A stretch of 61,874 nt of DNA, counting the filler, from Hausera hauseri (lineage: Eukaryota): assembly GCA_046269625.1 (NCBI GenBank). It is 12 parts of 12 records of this genome, joined end to end, with 100 filler letters (N's around TTAATTAATTAA, not from the genome) between each part and the next. Parts side by side here need not be neighbours in the genome. Positions count along the whole stretch, not along the records: positions 21,580 to 26,321 come from JBJURY010453690.1; positions 26,422 to 31,188 come from JBJURY010443468.1; positions 31,289 to 35,754 come from JBJURY010566784.1; positions 35,855 to 43,628 come from JBJURY010904534.1; 8 more parts are not named here. One strand, written 5' to 3'. The position numbers and the translations under genes are program-made. This document shows positions 25,352 through 39,400 of the stretch, in pieces; the first letter of the stretch is position 1; the number at the start of each line of letters is the position of its first letter. The notes beneath the pieces were generated by a model. The model was given only the letters and a program-made list of their open reading frames with translations, was not told the origin of the DNA and ran no database searches.

Positions 25352-26321
25352 TATAGATACGTGCCATTTACCAAGTAATCACCCTTATCCGTTAATAAAG
25401 GCTTGCTTTTCTTTGCGAAGCCGTCGACGCCAACTTCTCATTTTGAAACCAATTGCCGTAAGCATCACCGCTGTGACCAAAAGTCCCAAACTCAAAGCTA
25501 CAACAGCAGTACTCCATTCGTTAATATTTTTGTCATCTAATTTTTATAAGTCTTCGGAAACGGATGTTGAAGTAACTACCTTATTTGAGACCGATTTTAA
25601 TTTGATAATTATTCAATTTACTTTTTGAAGAATCGGTTCTTTTTTATGAGTCATTGAAACTTCGAAAACATTTTTCGGATACGAATTGGTGTAATCGTTA
25701 TCTGTCATGTATTTTTCATGAGGTTTCGAATCAACATCTTCATAATCTTGATAATAAGGATAACGATCCTGTTGAGATTTATCCACATTGTCTTGATGTT
25801 TAATTACTTGATATGGAGATTGATCTTGATACCAATCATTACTACGATCATGACCATTGCCATTGATTTGTGGATAATCGTAATCATTGTACGTGGAATC
25901 CACATTCCATTTGCCCAAACTCTCCATTTGTTCAGGATCAGGTTTTGAATAATAATCTTCTATTCTCGTAATATGTGGATAACTATTTGCTTTTAATTTT
26001 TCATATTGGTCTTTCATCAAACGAAATTTGTTGCTTCCAGAATTGGTTGAAACGTGTGAGATTGGATAATGACCTTCTCGTAGATTATCAGAATATCGCG
26101 GAAGATTATTTTTAGACTCCAAAAGAAGAAGTTGATTTTTAACCCGTGGATTAATGTTGTACGTTCTTCCAGCGGTATTATGACGTTGGGATTCGATATT
26201 ATGAGATTCAGAAAATGGATGCGCTCCGGTGTTATTAGGGCTATTATAAATTCCCGTCATTTGAAAATTATATGAATTCTGTTTTGGTGGGTTTTGTGAA
26301 GAATTTTTTGACCACCTATAC
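25352..26321 (-). pseudogene. C-terminal part of a single-pass membrane protein with a DYLVNGxYL tail (MANSC/C11orf24-like ending)
   Basis: Low-complexity ectodomain (ORF 25613-26260), TM 'TAVVALSLGLLVTAVMLTAIGF', basic stop-transfer, terminal 'GDYLVNGTYL*'; a stop and a frameshift are present. Confidence 0.45.
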
Positions 26322-26421
26322 NNNNNNNNNNNNNNNNNNNNNNNNNNNNNNNNNNNNNNNNNNNNTTAATTAATTAANNNNNNNNNNNNNNNNNNNNNNN
26401 NNNNNNNNNNNNNNNNNNNNN

Positions 26422-26830
26422 TTAGTTTTTTCCCACTAGGCTTATCATCTCTGTTTATATCGTCGTCCAGATCCTTAACTATGATATTTGTATTCTTTGG
26501 TGTTTCAGTTGTTACGTCTTTTGAGTCGGTGTCTAATGTCCCCCATGTTCCTTTTTCTGACCATTTAGTAACCATTTTCATACTAGTTTGAATTGTTGTA
26601 GTAATTTTTTGAATATGGGCTTGAATTTCATTAACTGATGGCTTGATCCTTAACTTGTTCCCTATAAGTCTCACAAAACACTTTACCAATGGATTTGATT
26701 TCGTTTCATTGGCTTTATCAACTTGCCTAAATGAAACATTCTTATTGTCATGTTGCATCTTTATACCCCAAATAATTCCACATGCAGTTAACAACGTTTC
26801 TAACAGACCCTACAACAACATCGACAGTTT
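26422..26830 (-). CDS. Possible axonemal dynein heavy chain (DNAH5/8-like) tail exon
   Basis: 'PLVKCFVRLIGNKLRIKPSVNEIQAHIQKITTTI...VTKWS' resembles the PSLxEIQ tail motif. Confidence 0.4.
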
Positions 26831-27805
26831 TTTAATCCATTAACTTTAGCGGATGTTGGCTAGTATTGTCAATTCTAATAACGTGCTTCCCAATGGAGGT
26901 TAAAACACTATTAGGTCGCAGAATTATATATCTTATTTCTAGAAAAAATTCAGAATTTCCGGTTCTAAATTGGGCATACAGTCTCTGCATGAGTTGTGTT
27001 TTGTTAGAATAAAATTTAAAATTTTTAATCTAACTAATTTATTAACAATGGGTTTTCCCCAAGTATAAATTACCGTAATTTTACAATGAACAACCACTTT
27101 AGTTGTGTTATTATAAATATTTACAATGTTTCTACCATAAGGAATGGTAAAGACATCTGGTGATGATATAACAAACCTGTTCATATTGTCTTCTAAATAC
27201 AGATACAATTTCCCTCCCAAGTAATCCTTCCAGTAAAGTACGGCACGTCACGATCTAATGGAGGATTCTCTTGATTTAACATCCTCTTATCTGATAAAAC
27301 TAACCTATATTCGAATCTTTTATTTATATGATGTTTATTGGATGATACCTTTCAACAAATAGTTGGTTGCTCTTTATATTTTTAATCTCTCCAGCTATCT
27401 GTTGTAATGTTATTTCGAATCTGGCGTAATATAAATATAACAAAGTATTTGTGAAGATGTTAACTTCTGTGCCTTGTACGATTATTCTTAGAGAAAAGAT
27501 TTCAGAGAAAACCGGGCTTATTTTTATATCGTTTAATATAATATTTACGTTTACATAACCTAAGACGATAACATGAATATTCTGAAATCTTTTCCAATAG
27601 GTTTTAACGCAGTGTTCATCAGGGGGAAGCCCAGAGTGAGGAACGGGGACGACCGACGATAGCATATATAACAATGCAGAAAGACTGACCTGATATGACT
27701 TTTTGTTAGTTAATTTGGTTCTCTCCTTGGTCTGATTCTTGAATTCAATATTGTTGATCTCGCATCTCCCAAGTCCAATAATCCTTCCATTCTGAAGTGT
27801 GGTTT

Positions 27806-29160
27806 CTATCGGACCGATAAGATGGACTTTAACATAGGTTCGCCTAAACATGCCTTACATTCTTTCAAAATAGTTGGTTGTGTCGCGTTCTCTAGTAAGA
27901 CTCTGGTAAGTGGCATGGCTAATCGAGGTTCATTTTGATATATGACTGGCAATTCTTGGATACAACGTTTTTCTTCCACGTTTAAAGATACGTCTCGTTT
28001 TTCGCATTCGTAGGTTAACAGGACTTCTCCGGTGACTCTTCCGAAAATACCTTCCTTCATTGGAATTACGGGCGATGCTAGTTCTGGATTCGCATAGATT
28101 AAGGCTAGTTTGGTTCTCATGATTTCCATATCCAATTTACAATCGTTCGCAATCATTTTGTGATATAGTTCTGCTAATCCAATTTGTCCCTTATAGTAGA
28201 AGAAGTCATCTCTATTCTTTAAATAATCTTCTATTCTTACGTCTTGCGTTTCCAACGTAAAGGTAGTTATTGCGGCCTCTGCCACAAAAAAATGCCTCGT
28301 AGTTAGTGGCATACATTACTACGTTGCATCGAGAAAGCATTTGCTTCTTAATGAATTTCAATCCGTGGTCCTCGGATATCAATATTGTGGGTGTAGATTG
28401 TTCAGCAACGTCCTTTCTTGGTCTGGCATTATTGTCGGTTGTCTCTACATACCTTTTCCCTGTAGTTTCATTAAAATTTATTTCCTTTATTTTAATAAAG
28501 TTACAATCGTTCATAGGTGGTGGAGTCCAAATGACTATTGAGTTCCTGAAGGTACAGGCACCATCTTGGATATGGCACTTCTGGTTTTCGGTATACGTTT
28601 TCGTAATACTATGGAACATCATCTTTTGGTTCCTCATTTCTGTTTCGTAGAAATCGACCACTACTATTCCCGATTCTCTTCCTTTTCCGGTATCATATTC
28701 ACCTCCTTTACAGTATCCGGTGTGCATATCCAGTTTTCCAATAGCTACTTTATATACTCGAATTATCTTTCCTGGCTGGGCCTCCAGCTCCATTCCATCC
28801 CATCTCAATCTTCCGGTTTCTTTAGCCTGTTTACACTGTTGTCGATCTAAATCCATAGGAATTAGTGGAGTTGTCGGTTTTACTATCGATGAATGTCCGT
28901 GCATGTTTCCGCAGTGGAAAATACTTCGCGATCGTCGCAACATCACTCTATTCCATCTATTGCGATTAATTCGCGCTGCTGATACAAGAAATACTTTTTC
29001 TCAATGGTTACTAACTTATGAGGTCGGGCATCTTCGAATAATTCCAAACCCATCAAGGAATATCTTTGTCCAACCTTAAATTTATCGCAGCCGTATACCG
29101 TGATTGCACCAAGTTGTCTTATTAACATCATAAGTGTTATTAATTTAATTATCCAATGTG
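27806..29160 (-). pseudogene. env: Chuvirus/gB-like class III fusion glycoprotein, N-terminal and central ectodomain
   Basis: Signal-like 'WIIKLITLMMLIRQLGA' then 'ITVYGC..YSL', 'FHCGNMHGHSSIV', 'GYCKGGEY', 'CHIQDGAC...IVIW', 'MYATNY', 'EGIFGRVTGEVLLTYEC', 'CIQELPV', 'PLTRVL...EC...PM'; frameshifted. Confidence 0.85.
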
Positions 29161-31188
29161 ATTCGCTATCTCGCGCTAAGATAGTTGGTATAAAATTTCT
29201 TACCGCATCTTCGATTCGAGTGGTCGGCCTGTTTCCATCTTCGTCATCAAATAACTTGGAACAATTTATCTCTCTAGGTATCTTCCTAGCAGCTTTTCTG
29301 ATCAATCCAATGGTCCTATTGAATTCATTTTCCTTTAGAGGATTCGCTTTGATTGCCAAGAACAATATTACTTTCCTTAATTCTTCCTTAGTATTCTCTA
29401 CCATAATTTTCTCGATTAAAACTTCATCAGGTAAGTTGCTTTTGTTCATGTTAAACCGAAATGTTCTCATTATCCTTGCTGCGTCGTATATTACCTTTTC
29501 TTTTTCATGTAACATTTCGTTTCTTGGCTCTGAATAATTCAGTATTCTTATAATGTTTTTCAGCAGCTCGTTTAACTCTTCGCTATCGGAGTTAATTGCG
29601 GTCATGGATAGTTGCCTTAGTTCTTCTATTAGAAATGCACTTTGGTCGATATCGTCTCTTATTTTCTTTGGTCTTCCAACTGGTCGCTTCTGTTTTGAAA
29701 CAATTGTTGTTGCTTCATTCATCGTTACTAGATTTTTATTGTATTGTTCCTGATCCTCCTCACTTTGGAGGTAGTCAAAATACATGACAGGGTCTCTGAC
29801 TCCAATAATGCGTCCTACGCAGTGTTCATCCCTCGCTTTTCTCACAGCCTCATCTCTCGTCTGTTCATCGGCAATTATCGCCACAATTAGATTTTATTCT
29901 TCCGGAATAATTCCAACATATACTAGTAGCTCAAGTTCGTCCAGTATCCTACCTCGCAAGTATAACCGATAATTTACTTCATCTTTTACACCGTTTTGTC
30001 CTATCCATTGTTTTACTTCCCTAACCGATGTTATCGTTGTGCATTCAATTTCTCTCTCTTCTATCCATTCGGCTGATATCTTTACCTTAATCGTCGTTTC
30101 GGTTTTAGTTTTCAAGAAATCAGCGTATTTCCTTATTAATAGTCTGGGTACTGAGCTATAAACGTTATTTTCGTTCGATAGTTTGGTTAGTGTAGGGATC
30201 AATTGTCTCAGTTTGCTCTCCGTCATGTTGACGTTAATCTGCTCAATTAATTCTCTTTCGGCCCGCGCGGGATCTAAAAGCATCTCAATATCAAATTTTC
30301 GGTCTGTTGGAAGAATACATTTTTGAAGAAGTTGGATAGGTGTTTTTGGATTTCGGTTGTACACATCTTCCAAATAAGCATCCCATCCTGAATCGTCTGT
30401 GATGTCTGGAAGCCTATAATCCAAAAATACCGTGGACGCTCTTTGTACATTTTCGCATATCTCGTTTAATCTGAACAGTATTTCTCTCATTAAGTTTATT
30501 CGAAACTCTGCTTCGTTTCCACACGCAAGTTGTATCCTTTTTAATGTAAATCCTAGTTCATCTGTAGGGAACAACCATTTTCTTTCGTAATCTGTTCATT
30601 CAGCCGTTACATCCGTTAATCATCTTTGTACGAATTCTCTTTTATTCGTTAACTTTGCTTGTGTGATCTTATATTTAGTCTTATAAGTCTCCAATTCTTT
30701 GCCTAATTCATCTAGCTCCGTAGCTCTTTGCTTTGTGCGAATTTGCAATTCTTCTATACCTTTAACTTGAGTTGCCAACTGTCACGTCTTGTCGTCGTCT
30801 ATCTCTACCATTGTCAATAGCAGCGATATTAGTCTGTGCATTGCTTTTAGAGTTTTTGAATCTGGATCTATTTCTTCAATCAGTTTCTTTACGAATTCAG
30901 TCTCGTCTGGTGTGAGGTGACAATCTTTGGTTATTTCTATCAATTCAACGCGACAATTTTGGTCGGTATCCGATGCGCACTCAAAAGAACGATGTAGATA
31001 TTTTAGTACTTCTTCTAACGCAATCCGATAATTTGGGCAAATATCCAACGTCGATAGATCACATATAGATATTTCATCTATGGGCCTTGTTGCCAAATGT
31101 CGTGCACCTTCTAGGCGGACACCTTTTAGTCTCATCGATAAGGCGATCTTTTCCTGTTTCGCCGATAATTTCATTTCTTCGGTCATGG
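29161..31188 (-). pseudogene. Accessory polyprotein region upstream of the glycoprotein: helical domain, ubiquitin-like domain, AT-hook-like motif
   Basis: Ubl 'IKVKISAEWIEEREIECTTITSVREVKQWI...YRLYLRGRILDELELLVYVGI' (~29880-30090); 'KRPVGRPKK'; open frame into the glycoprotein signal peptide (ORF 28943-29884). Confidence 0.7.
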
Positions 31189-31288
31189 NNNNNNNNNNNN
31201 NNNNNNNNNNNNNNNNNNNNNNNNNNNNNNNNTTAATTAATTAANNNNNNNNNNNNNNNNNNNNNNNNNNNNNNNNNNNNNNNNNNNN

Positions 31289-33395
31289 CAAACGGCCAAT
31301 TTCTGCCGATTCGGCAATAATGAATCCGATCAGTAGAGATTGCGCTGAAAGCCGGGAAAACGCTGCAAATATTTAATATTGAATTAAAAAGCAAAATGAA
31401 ACCTCACAATTTAACGGAGGACGTCATCTTTTGGAAATTGACGTCATTTTCGATGAATACGATTACTCTTGTTACGAAATTGCAGTGTTCCATTGGTCAA
31501 GTGGAAGGTGAATCAAGTCCTATGAAAATATTTGATCGGCATTCGTTGTTAAACGGTTGTCAAATCCTTAATTATCGTTGTAATCCCAGTATGAAATGGC
31601 TAATTTTAATCGGTATTTCGACACAGCAAAGTATGGTTGTTGCTGTTATGCACTTGTACAGCGTTGATAGGAAAGTCAGTCGCACAACCGAAGGTCATGT
31701 AGCATCGTTCGCACATCAAAATCGAAAACACTCCAAATGCATCCACGTCGTTTTGCTTCCCCGCTCGCAGAATACAAGGGGGAAAATAGCATACAATTGA
31801 AGCTGACCAGACTCCTACCGGAAATGAGCTGTTCATCAATAAGGCTGTCGATGTTACGTTCTCACCGGAAGCAGCAGCTGATTTTCCAGTAGCTATGCAT
31901 ACTACCAACAAATACAATATAGTATTTCTAATCACCAGATATGATTACATCCGCATGCACGATATGCATTTATCTAAATCGCATCAGCAGTGAAACAATA
32001 TTTGTCACATCACTGTACGAAGCCACCGCTGGAATTATCGGAGTGAACCGAAAGGGTCAGATTTTATGTTTCGGTTGAGGAAGACACGATCGTTTCTTAC
32101 ATTAAAAATACTCTTACATTAAATACTGGGCTTTACGAGTGACTACCAGAGGCAATCTGTCAGGCGCAGTAGACATTTTCGTTCACAGATTCAACAACCT
32201 TTTCAGTAGCGATCAGTATTCCGAGGCTGCAAAGTCGCAGCAAGTGCACTGAAAGGAATGTTAAGAACTGCGCAGCGATTCAGCGATTTCAGCAAGTGCC
32301 TACTCCAAGCGGCAAATCGCGTTTACTTCAATCTTTCGGAATTTTATTAGACCAAGGACAACTTCGCAAATACGAAAGTCTGGAACTCTGTGGACCAGTT
32401 ATTTTACTAGGCAAGAAACTTTTACTCGAAAAGTGATTGAAGGAAGATAAACTTAAATGCTCCGAAGAACTGGGTGACATTGTTAAACAGAGTGACCCCA
32501 CATTGGCATTATCCACTTATCTAATAGCAAATGTGCCTCAGACGGTTGTTCAGTGTTTTGCAAAAACGGAACAGTTTCAGAAGATTATTTTGTACTCAAA
32601 AAAGGTTGGATTCACACCAGATTATGTATACCTTCTGAGAAATCTGATGAGAGTAAATACTGACCAGGGTCTACAACTAATTTTTAAGGAAGCTAAATTG
32701 ACCGATCACTTACCTCTCATAATTGTCTCTTATAGATTCAATTTTGCTCACGATTTGATACTTTATCTGTACCGGAATCTACTGTAGAAGTACATCGAAA
32801 TATATTTGAAAAAATCAACCCCAAGCAACTGCCATTCGTCTTTGGTGGTGTGCTTGATGTCGATTGTTTCGATCACGTTATTATACAACTCATAATCGTT
32901 ATCAGAGGCCGATTCAGTACCGATGAACTTATTGCAGAAGTCAATAAACGGAATCGACTCCAACTGTTGTAGTCATGGTTAGAATCCGTTGAGCCGGCAA
33001 TTCACTATACACATGCCAAAATCTATTGGAATAGAAACAACAACCAGGGACGATCTCTGCAAGAAAACCAGTTTTACAACAGTCGTGTTGTGGGAAAGTA
33101 CTGTGAAAAGAGATCCCCATTTGGCATGTATTGCACACAAACGCAGTCAGTGTAATCAGGAATTGATTATAGTGTGTAACAAATACAGTTTCTTTAAAAC
33201 CGAAGCACAATACTTGGTTCGGTGTAAAGATTCTTATCCTTCATGTAAGACTTTTGGCGACAGCAATGAATACAGACGTCAGCTAATTGACCAAATCGTC
33301 CAAACAGCATTGTAAGAAACCCCGGTTCCTGAAGAATTCTCCATCGCTGTCAATGCATTTATGGAGGCCGATATGCCCAATGAATTTATTGATAA
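31289..33395 (+). pseudogene. CLTC: Clathrin heavy chain pseudogene (no evident introns, internally deleted, truncated)
   Basis: '[12 protein letters not shown]', '[17 protein letters not shown]', 'DFPVAM', '[23 protein letters not shown]', '[14 protein letters not shown]', 'KRDPHLAC', 'YRRQLIDQIVQTAL'; many frameshifts. Confidence 0.93.
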
Positions 33396-33592
33396 AAAAT
33401 TCGATGTTTTCATAAACTTTCTTATTGGTACTTGTTCAGACAGAATTAAAACTGCCTATATGTACCTCCGGCATTTGATATTCACATTTACAAACTCTCC
33501 GTTTTCGTCAGTGATATGGTGACTCAAATTCCGAGACAAGAACTACAAACTCTCATAGCATCTGTTGGTAAAACTGAATCGTCGTTCTCTAT

Positions 33593-33604
33593 TGGAGACC
33601 CCGA
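33593..33604 (+). promoter_or_regulatory. PBS-like site (tRNA-Trp)
   Basis: TGGAGACCCCGA versus the canonical TGGTGACCCCGA; lies upstream of the CsRn1-type gag. Confidence 0.5.
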
Positions 33605-34449
33605 AGGTTCATTAGAAAATGGGTTTGTTGAACATTTAAAAAATCGGTGCGACCACATCATCGAAAAACTCTAATTTCCTCCCAGAAACCCTTCACACCA
33701 TATTCGACCTTTAGTTTCTCAAAAAAGTACGATGTTCCACAAAATCTGTCTCCGAACGATAACATCCTGAAAGCTGCCCAACATTATCAGTTTGGTATCG
33801 AGTGGAAAACGGCAACAACGAACGCATTGGACGCACCGCGAGTCAACAGCAATTCACGACCGACCGGCAGACGTTCTCTCATCACAAGCATTCAAACACA
33901 GGTTGGTAAAATTCTTTTCGCTGATTTCTGTCCACCAGTGCGGCCATTTTTTGCACATATGCAAATCTTCGTGGCTGACACCAAATTTCATTTAAAAAGG
34001 CCTTTAAGTTCAAGAAATCTGGATATTATCTTATCACAATTAATATTTGCCACTGTTTTTTCTGGCCGCACACTCAAACATCTTAACCCAAAAGGTAACC
34101 GCCCAATCCCCCATGCATGTCAAAATTCTCCTGGGATTACCTCACTGAAATTTTCCTTCTTGGTATTCAGCAAAAATCCACTTATACAAACAATACGCGC
34201 TCCACTCACCGACAGGGCACAGTCCTTGTACAACTCCTTGTTCCTCCTATTCCACCCTTCTGACTTCTATCTCACACATCAAACTCTACCTGTACATCCT
34301 TCCGACTCGCTTTTGCCATTTACATGTCACTAACGTCCGATCATCTATCTCATGCTCCACGTCCGCCTTCGGAGTGGATCGGACCCAAATCCATCTTTCT
34401 CGGGTGATAAATCCACAAATACACGCAATATCTATCGTGTACCAAATTG

Positions 34450-35754
34450 TCAACAAACACGAGCTTCGTTAAATCTACCTTGTGTGGATTTTTTCTTGAT
34501 AAAAACAACTCCAGCAAACCATAGATCCAATTCCACCAACAGTGACTTAAATCCAACAACATCACTGACTTCTTTGTGCGAGCCAATAGTCTTTTGATAC
34601 TTCTGCCTACCAACGTCAAGCAACAGATCAATAACATTTCCGAACTGCTCCAATCATCGACACCATATGAAACACTCTGTGAGGCCGTACTCCATATCAC
34701 CGATCCCTCGATAGATCAATTTATACGAAAATTCTTTGACGATCATGCCATAGGATACCAAAAGCCATCCTATTTTCTCCAAATGGCCATTCTGCAGCTT
34801 AGCGCTTTAGGAGTAACACCTGTGAATACGCCGTTATTTCTTGTCATCTTTGCCTACCTCAATCAGAGCCTTGATCACCGTTGTCGACAAGTCCACTGCT
34901 ATCGAAAAACTGGCCATAAGAGCTAACATATCCTTTGAGATTCTCCGTACCAATAATTGTCTCCCAATTGCGGCTGCTACCGCATGTGCTCCAACTACAG
35001 ACACAACATTATTCATTCAACAATTGCAAATGATGAAGCAACAGTTTGAAAAGTTACAGCAGTCAATTTCGGCCATTACTACCCAACTAAACAATCTCAA
35101 TGGACCTCAACGAAGTGACACCAAACTTTCAAGGGAGCGAAGCACTTCAAGACAGTCGACTCGATCCATTTCACATGGCGGACGTATGATTTGCTTCTTT
35201 CACACTCGTTATCGAAAGGATGCAAGAAAATGCTTCTTGAGCTGTCGATTCTACAGCGAGCGATACTCTGTGAACAACCCTTTTTGCATATACCGCAACA
35301 ATTATCAGTCTCAAGCCAGGTCATGTATGCCTGGTTGTAAACACTAAAAAAAAATTTCCTCCTTTTCCTGCCTCTTCTTCCTTTTCTCCAAATCCTTCAA
35401 AAAACTAATAATGCCGCCAGATTTTACAACACATTCTGGCGCAGGCAATATCGCTCAATCTTCTGGCCGTTTCAACACCGCCTCTGTAGTCTTTTTGTTG
35501 AAAGCTGCAGTGTTATACAGAGATACCTCACATATCGAATTCCTAATAGATTCAGGAGCTGCCTTTTCACTCCTTCCCTTGTCCTTCACTCCTACATCCA
35601 CTACAATTTTCTGTCCTCCGCTCTTCACTGCCCGTGGGCAACCGTTGCACGTTGCAGGAACCACGGAACTGACTTTCACATTCGCCAACTTGCCAGATAA
35701 GTTTGTCTGGAAGTTCCACGTGGCCAACATTAAATCTCCCATAATAGGCTCAGA
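34450..35754 (+). mobile_element. Ty3/Gypsy CsRn1/Kabuki-clade element: decayed gag and aspartic protease
   Basis: Gag 'PYETLCEAVL...IGYQKPSYFL', CHCC knuckle C-x2-H-x9-C-x3-C (CFFHTRYRKDARKCFLSC), protease 'FLIDSGAAFSLLP...FVWKFHVANIKSPIIG'. Confidence 0.85.
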
Positions 35755-36435
35755 NNNNNNNNNNNNNNNNNNNNNNNNNNNNNNNNNNNNNNNNNNNNTT
35801 AATTAATTAANNNNNNNNNNNNNNNNNNNNNNNNNNNNNNNNNNNNNNNNNNNNTAAATATTAGTTTTAATAATTTGAATATACAATACGTCATACTATC
35901 ACGTGTAGCTTAAACTTGATAACGTGTGACGTATTTTTATATTCTGTGTATAGATATGTATTTATATATCAGCTTGTATCATCACAATTACATTTTTACG
36001 TTTTCGGAACTATATGGCAGCACTTCGTTTAACGATTTACTGAATATATTAATGGGTACATTGGTCATTATTTTGATATTTATGTTGCATACATTATGCA
36101 AAATACTTTTGTAAATTGAATCCTGGCATATTAACGCAATGTTGTACTATATTTCTATATCGGTCTTGAAATTAAAAATTTATTTTCTGTTTCTTAATTT
36201 TTTCTTACTTTAACATACGGGGTGATAAATAACATACCACGCCATTTTGTTTAAATAATATCTGAAGGTCATAAGTGACCTTCACATAAGTAACCAATCA
36301 CCGCGCAAAATTAAGATCCTAACTAAATTCACGTCAAAGAAAGTAACAAAACAAAAATTTATTTAAAATACATTATCACATTTCAACAAAGAATTGAAAT
36401 CAATTGTCTCGACACCGTTAATTCACTTCGTTAAT

Positions 36436-39400
36436 TCACACTTGTTGATCAGCAATCATCTTCAACTTTCTCCATTTTCCGTCTTTTAAGATCTCATAAA
36501 CTCCGCGTTCGAATCGAAATTGATACCAGACCCCTTTGATTTCGATATAATTCTTTCCTCGTTTTCTCATCGTCTTCAGTTTCAAACTTCGTCTTACGAA
36601 ATATTGCTGTTTTCGAAATTTCAATTGTTTGAAGATGTTTCCCAATTTTATGAAATACAGTCCATCTCTTAGATATACTCGTCTCCATTTATTTTTGTAT
36701 TGGATGTACATTTCGCCATTGATGGTTTTCAATTTCAGTAGACTTGTTCCGTGCTTGATCAGCATTTTCTTCTGTTGAATTACCACTTTTGTCCATTGTT
36801 TATTGAATTGTATGTAATATACTCCATTGACTACTCGAAATTTATACCAGCTGCCCAGGTATCGAATAAATGGTCTGCCGTTATCGTATTTTATTTCCAA
36901 ATCTTTACCTTCAACTGTGACAATTTGCACACCATTCTTGTACTTGAAACGTACGAATTGACCACCTAAATCCACATAAACCTTGCCGCCAATGAAACGT
37001 GTGTCCATCCAAATCTGACCGACCTGTATTCGATAAACACTCTTTCTTATATCAAATCTAAACATTTTACCATCAATCTCAATGAACGTATATCTATCCT
37101 TTATAGAAAATTTCACCCAGTTCCCTTCGATAAATAGTTGATGTCGTCCATTGGTATTCTGATACTGGAACCAGTGACCGGACAGTTCTAAATGGTCATA
37201 TCCATTCTTGAATCGATATCCCAGTTCTCTACCTTCAATGACAACAAATCTGAGTCTATCCCGAATTTTAAATAGCGTCCAATTTCCGCCAAACATTATT
37301 TGGAACTTGCCATCGATTACTCTGAATTGTCTCCATACACCATCAATGTTTATATAGAGATTCTTTTTGTTGAATTGCAATGGTAGTAATTCGCCATTGA
37401 AGTCCACGTGTAACTGTTTATTTATCACTTTTAATCCAAAAGTTCTACTATTGATTTTGATGATGTAGTTGTCGTCCTTGAGAAGTAACAGATACCATTC
37501 ATCTCCCAGTTTGATATACGTATTGATTTTGTCGTATTTAATACGAAGAAACAACCCATCTTTCACGATAAACGTTTTACCGTTGTGCATCCGGAATTCT
37601 ACCCATTTCCCACCGACCAGTATGTAGTAAATGCCACTGGTGACTCGTGTCCTGTACCACTGACTGCCCAGTTTCAAAAATCTCATACCGTTTTTCAGTC
37701 GAATTCGGACTTCGTTGCCATTTCGACGAATAAATAAGTTATTCTCTCTCACGAACACAATCTCCCAGTAACCATCAATTTCCAATAAGATTTGTTCATC
37801 TTCCAGTTTTGCTGCAATCCAATTTTTGTCAGGTTTCAAAAATATCTGATTGTTCATGCCGAATCTTAGGTGGATCAAACGATTGTCCATTTTCAAAAAT
37901 AGCTCCCCTTTCACAATTTTAATGGTTCTCCATTTGTTATTAATGAATACCGATAGATTATTGTTGTCCAGGAATTTTACTTTGAACCACTGCGTTCCGA
38001 ACAAAATGAACCGTTCTCCTGCCACTGTTTTGATCTCGACATTTCGTCCATTGATGATCATTGCTGTTTGTTTGGGCAACGATATTGGAATTTGTTTTTT
38101 GTTAGATTTATAGTAATACTTATTATTTTCCTTCACTATCTTTTCCCATTGTCCATTGATTTCCAGAAATTTCCCATTATTCAGGTTGGGTTGGTTTTTC
38201 ATGATTTTCCTGTAGTATCGATTGAAATCTACATCAGTTTGTCGGTTATATAGATTGTCGAGATACTTGTCATTGCAAATTTTCCATTTGCCATCAACTC
38301 GTACCAATATCCTGTTTTCATCGAACAACAAATTGTACGATTTGGCTCCATCACGCAGTACCCAATATTTACCCATATATTTAACGGACATCCAGTTTTG
38401 TCGACCTTTCAATTCAAATGTCACCTTATTCACCACACGAAACTGCAACTGCCGTTTACCGAATTTCAAATAAAGTTGACTGTTCTTGTCGGTTACTTTG
38501 AACCATTTTCGACCGACCTTATGGTGCTGAGTTGTTTTCATAATCCTCAGCGGAATCCAATCATTTTGCGCCCTGTAATGGAACATTCCATCACGAACTT
38601 TTGTTGGAAACATGGCGCCATTTTGAACGTAAAACTGCCTGCCATTTTGGTAAACAATTGGGTAGTAGTTCAAATTTGACAAATGATGTCGAATCGGTAC
38701 CCAGATGCCATTAATGATGTAAAAGAAGTGACCATCTCTCCATTCTACCTTTCTCCAAACATTGTCGATTTTTAGTTCCATGAAACCGTCTGACAATTTC
38801 ACAGCAATCCACATTTCTTCGAAAAACACTTGGATTTCCTGTCTGACAAATTGCATTGGCATCCACTTGGCGAACAGTTTGATAAACAGCTTTGGTCCGT
38901 GGAATTTTATCAACTGTTTCTTTTTGTTTAAGACGATAAACGTTTTAGTGAAGGAAAATTCAACTGGATACCAGGTTTCGCTCAGTTTCAACTGTACGTT
39001 TCCATTTTCAAATTGGAATTGATACCACTGTCCGTCGATTTCAATTAAATACTTTCCATGATCTCGTTTAACTTTTCTCCAAACTTTACCAAATTTGTAA
39101 TACAAATTCTTTGACGACATTTTAACTTCTGTCCAACTGTCTTTGATCTTGTAGAAAATACTTTTCTTAACAACTTTTATTTCAATTTTCTCCTTACTCT
39201 CACTTACAATAAATATCTGATCACCAACGAATTTCACTGGGACAAATTCGTCAAACAGCCGTAAAGAAACTTTTCCTTTTACTTCATTTATTTCGTACCA
39301 ATTGAAACCCAACTTTAGTAAACGTCTCTCGCCTAAATATTTAAATTCCCTGAACTTGTCACCGACTTTCATGAACAATTTCTTAGATGACAACTTGATC

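Noticed and set aside
27590-27660. CTGATGA on the minus strand as a hammerhead ribozyme core
   Set aside because: No stem II closing onto GAAA and no stems I/III found
33647-34333. 228-aa ORF upstream of the CsRn1 gag
   Set aside because: No motif; lies in the element's 5' leader and has a non-ATG start; probably a chance ORF
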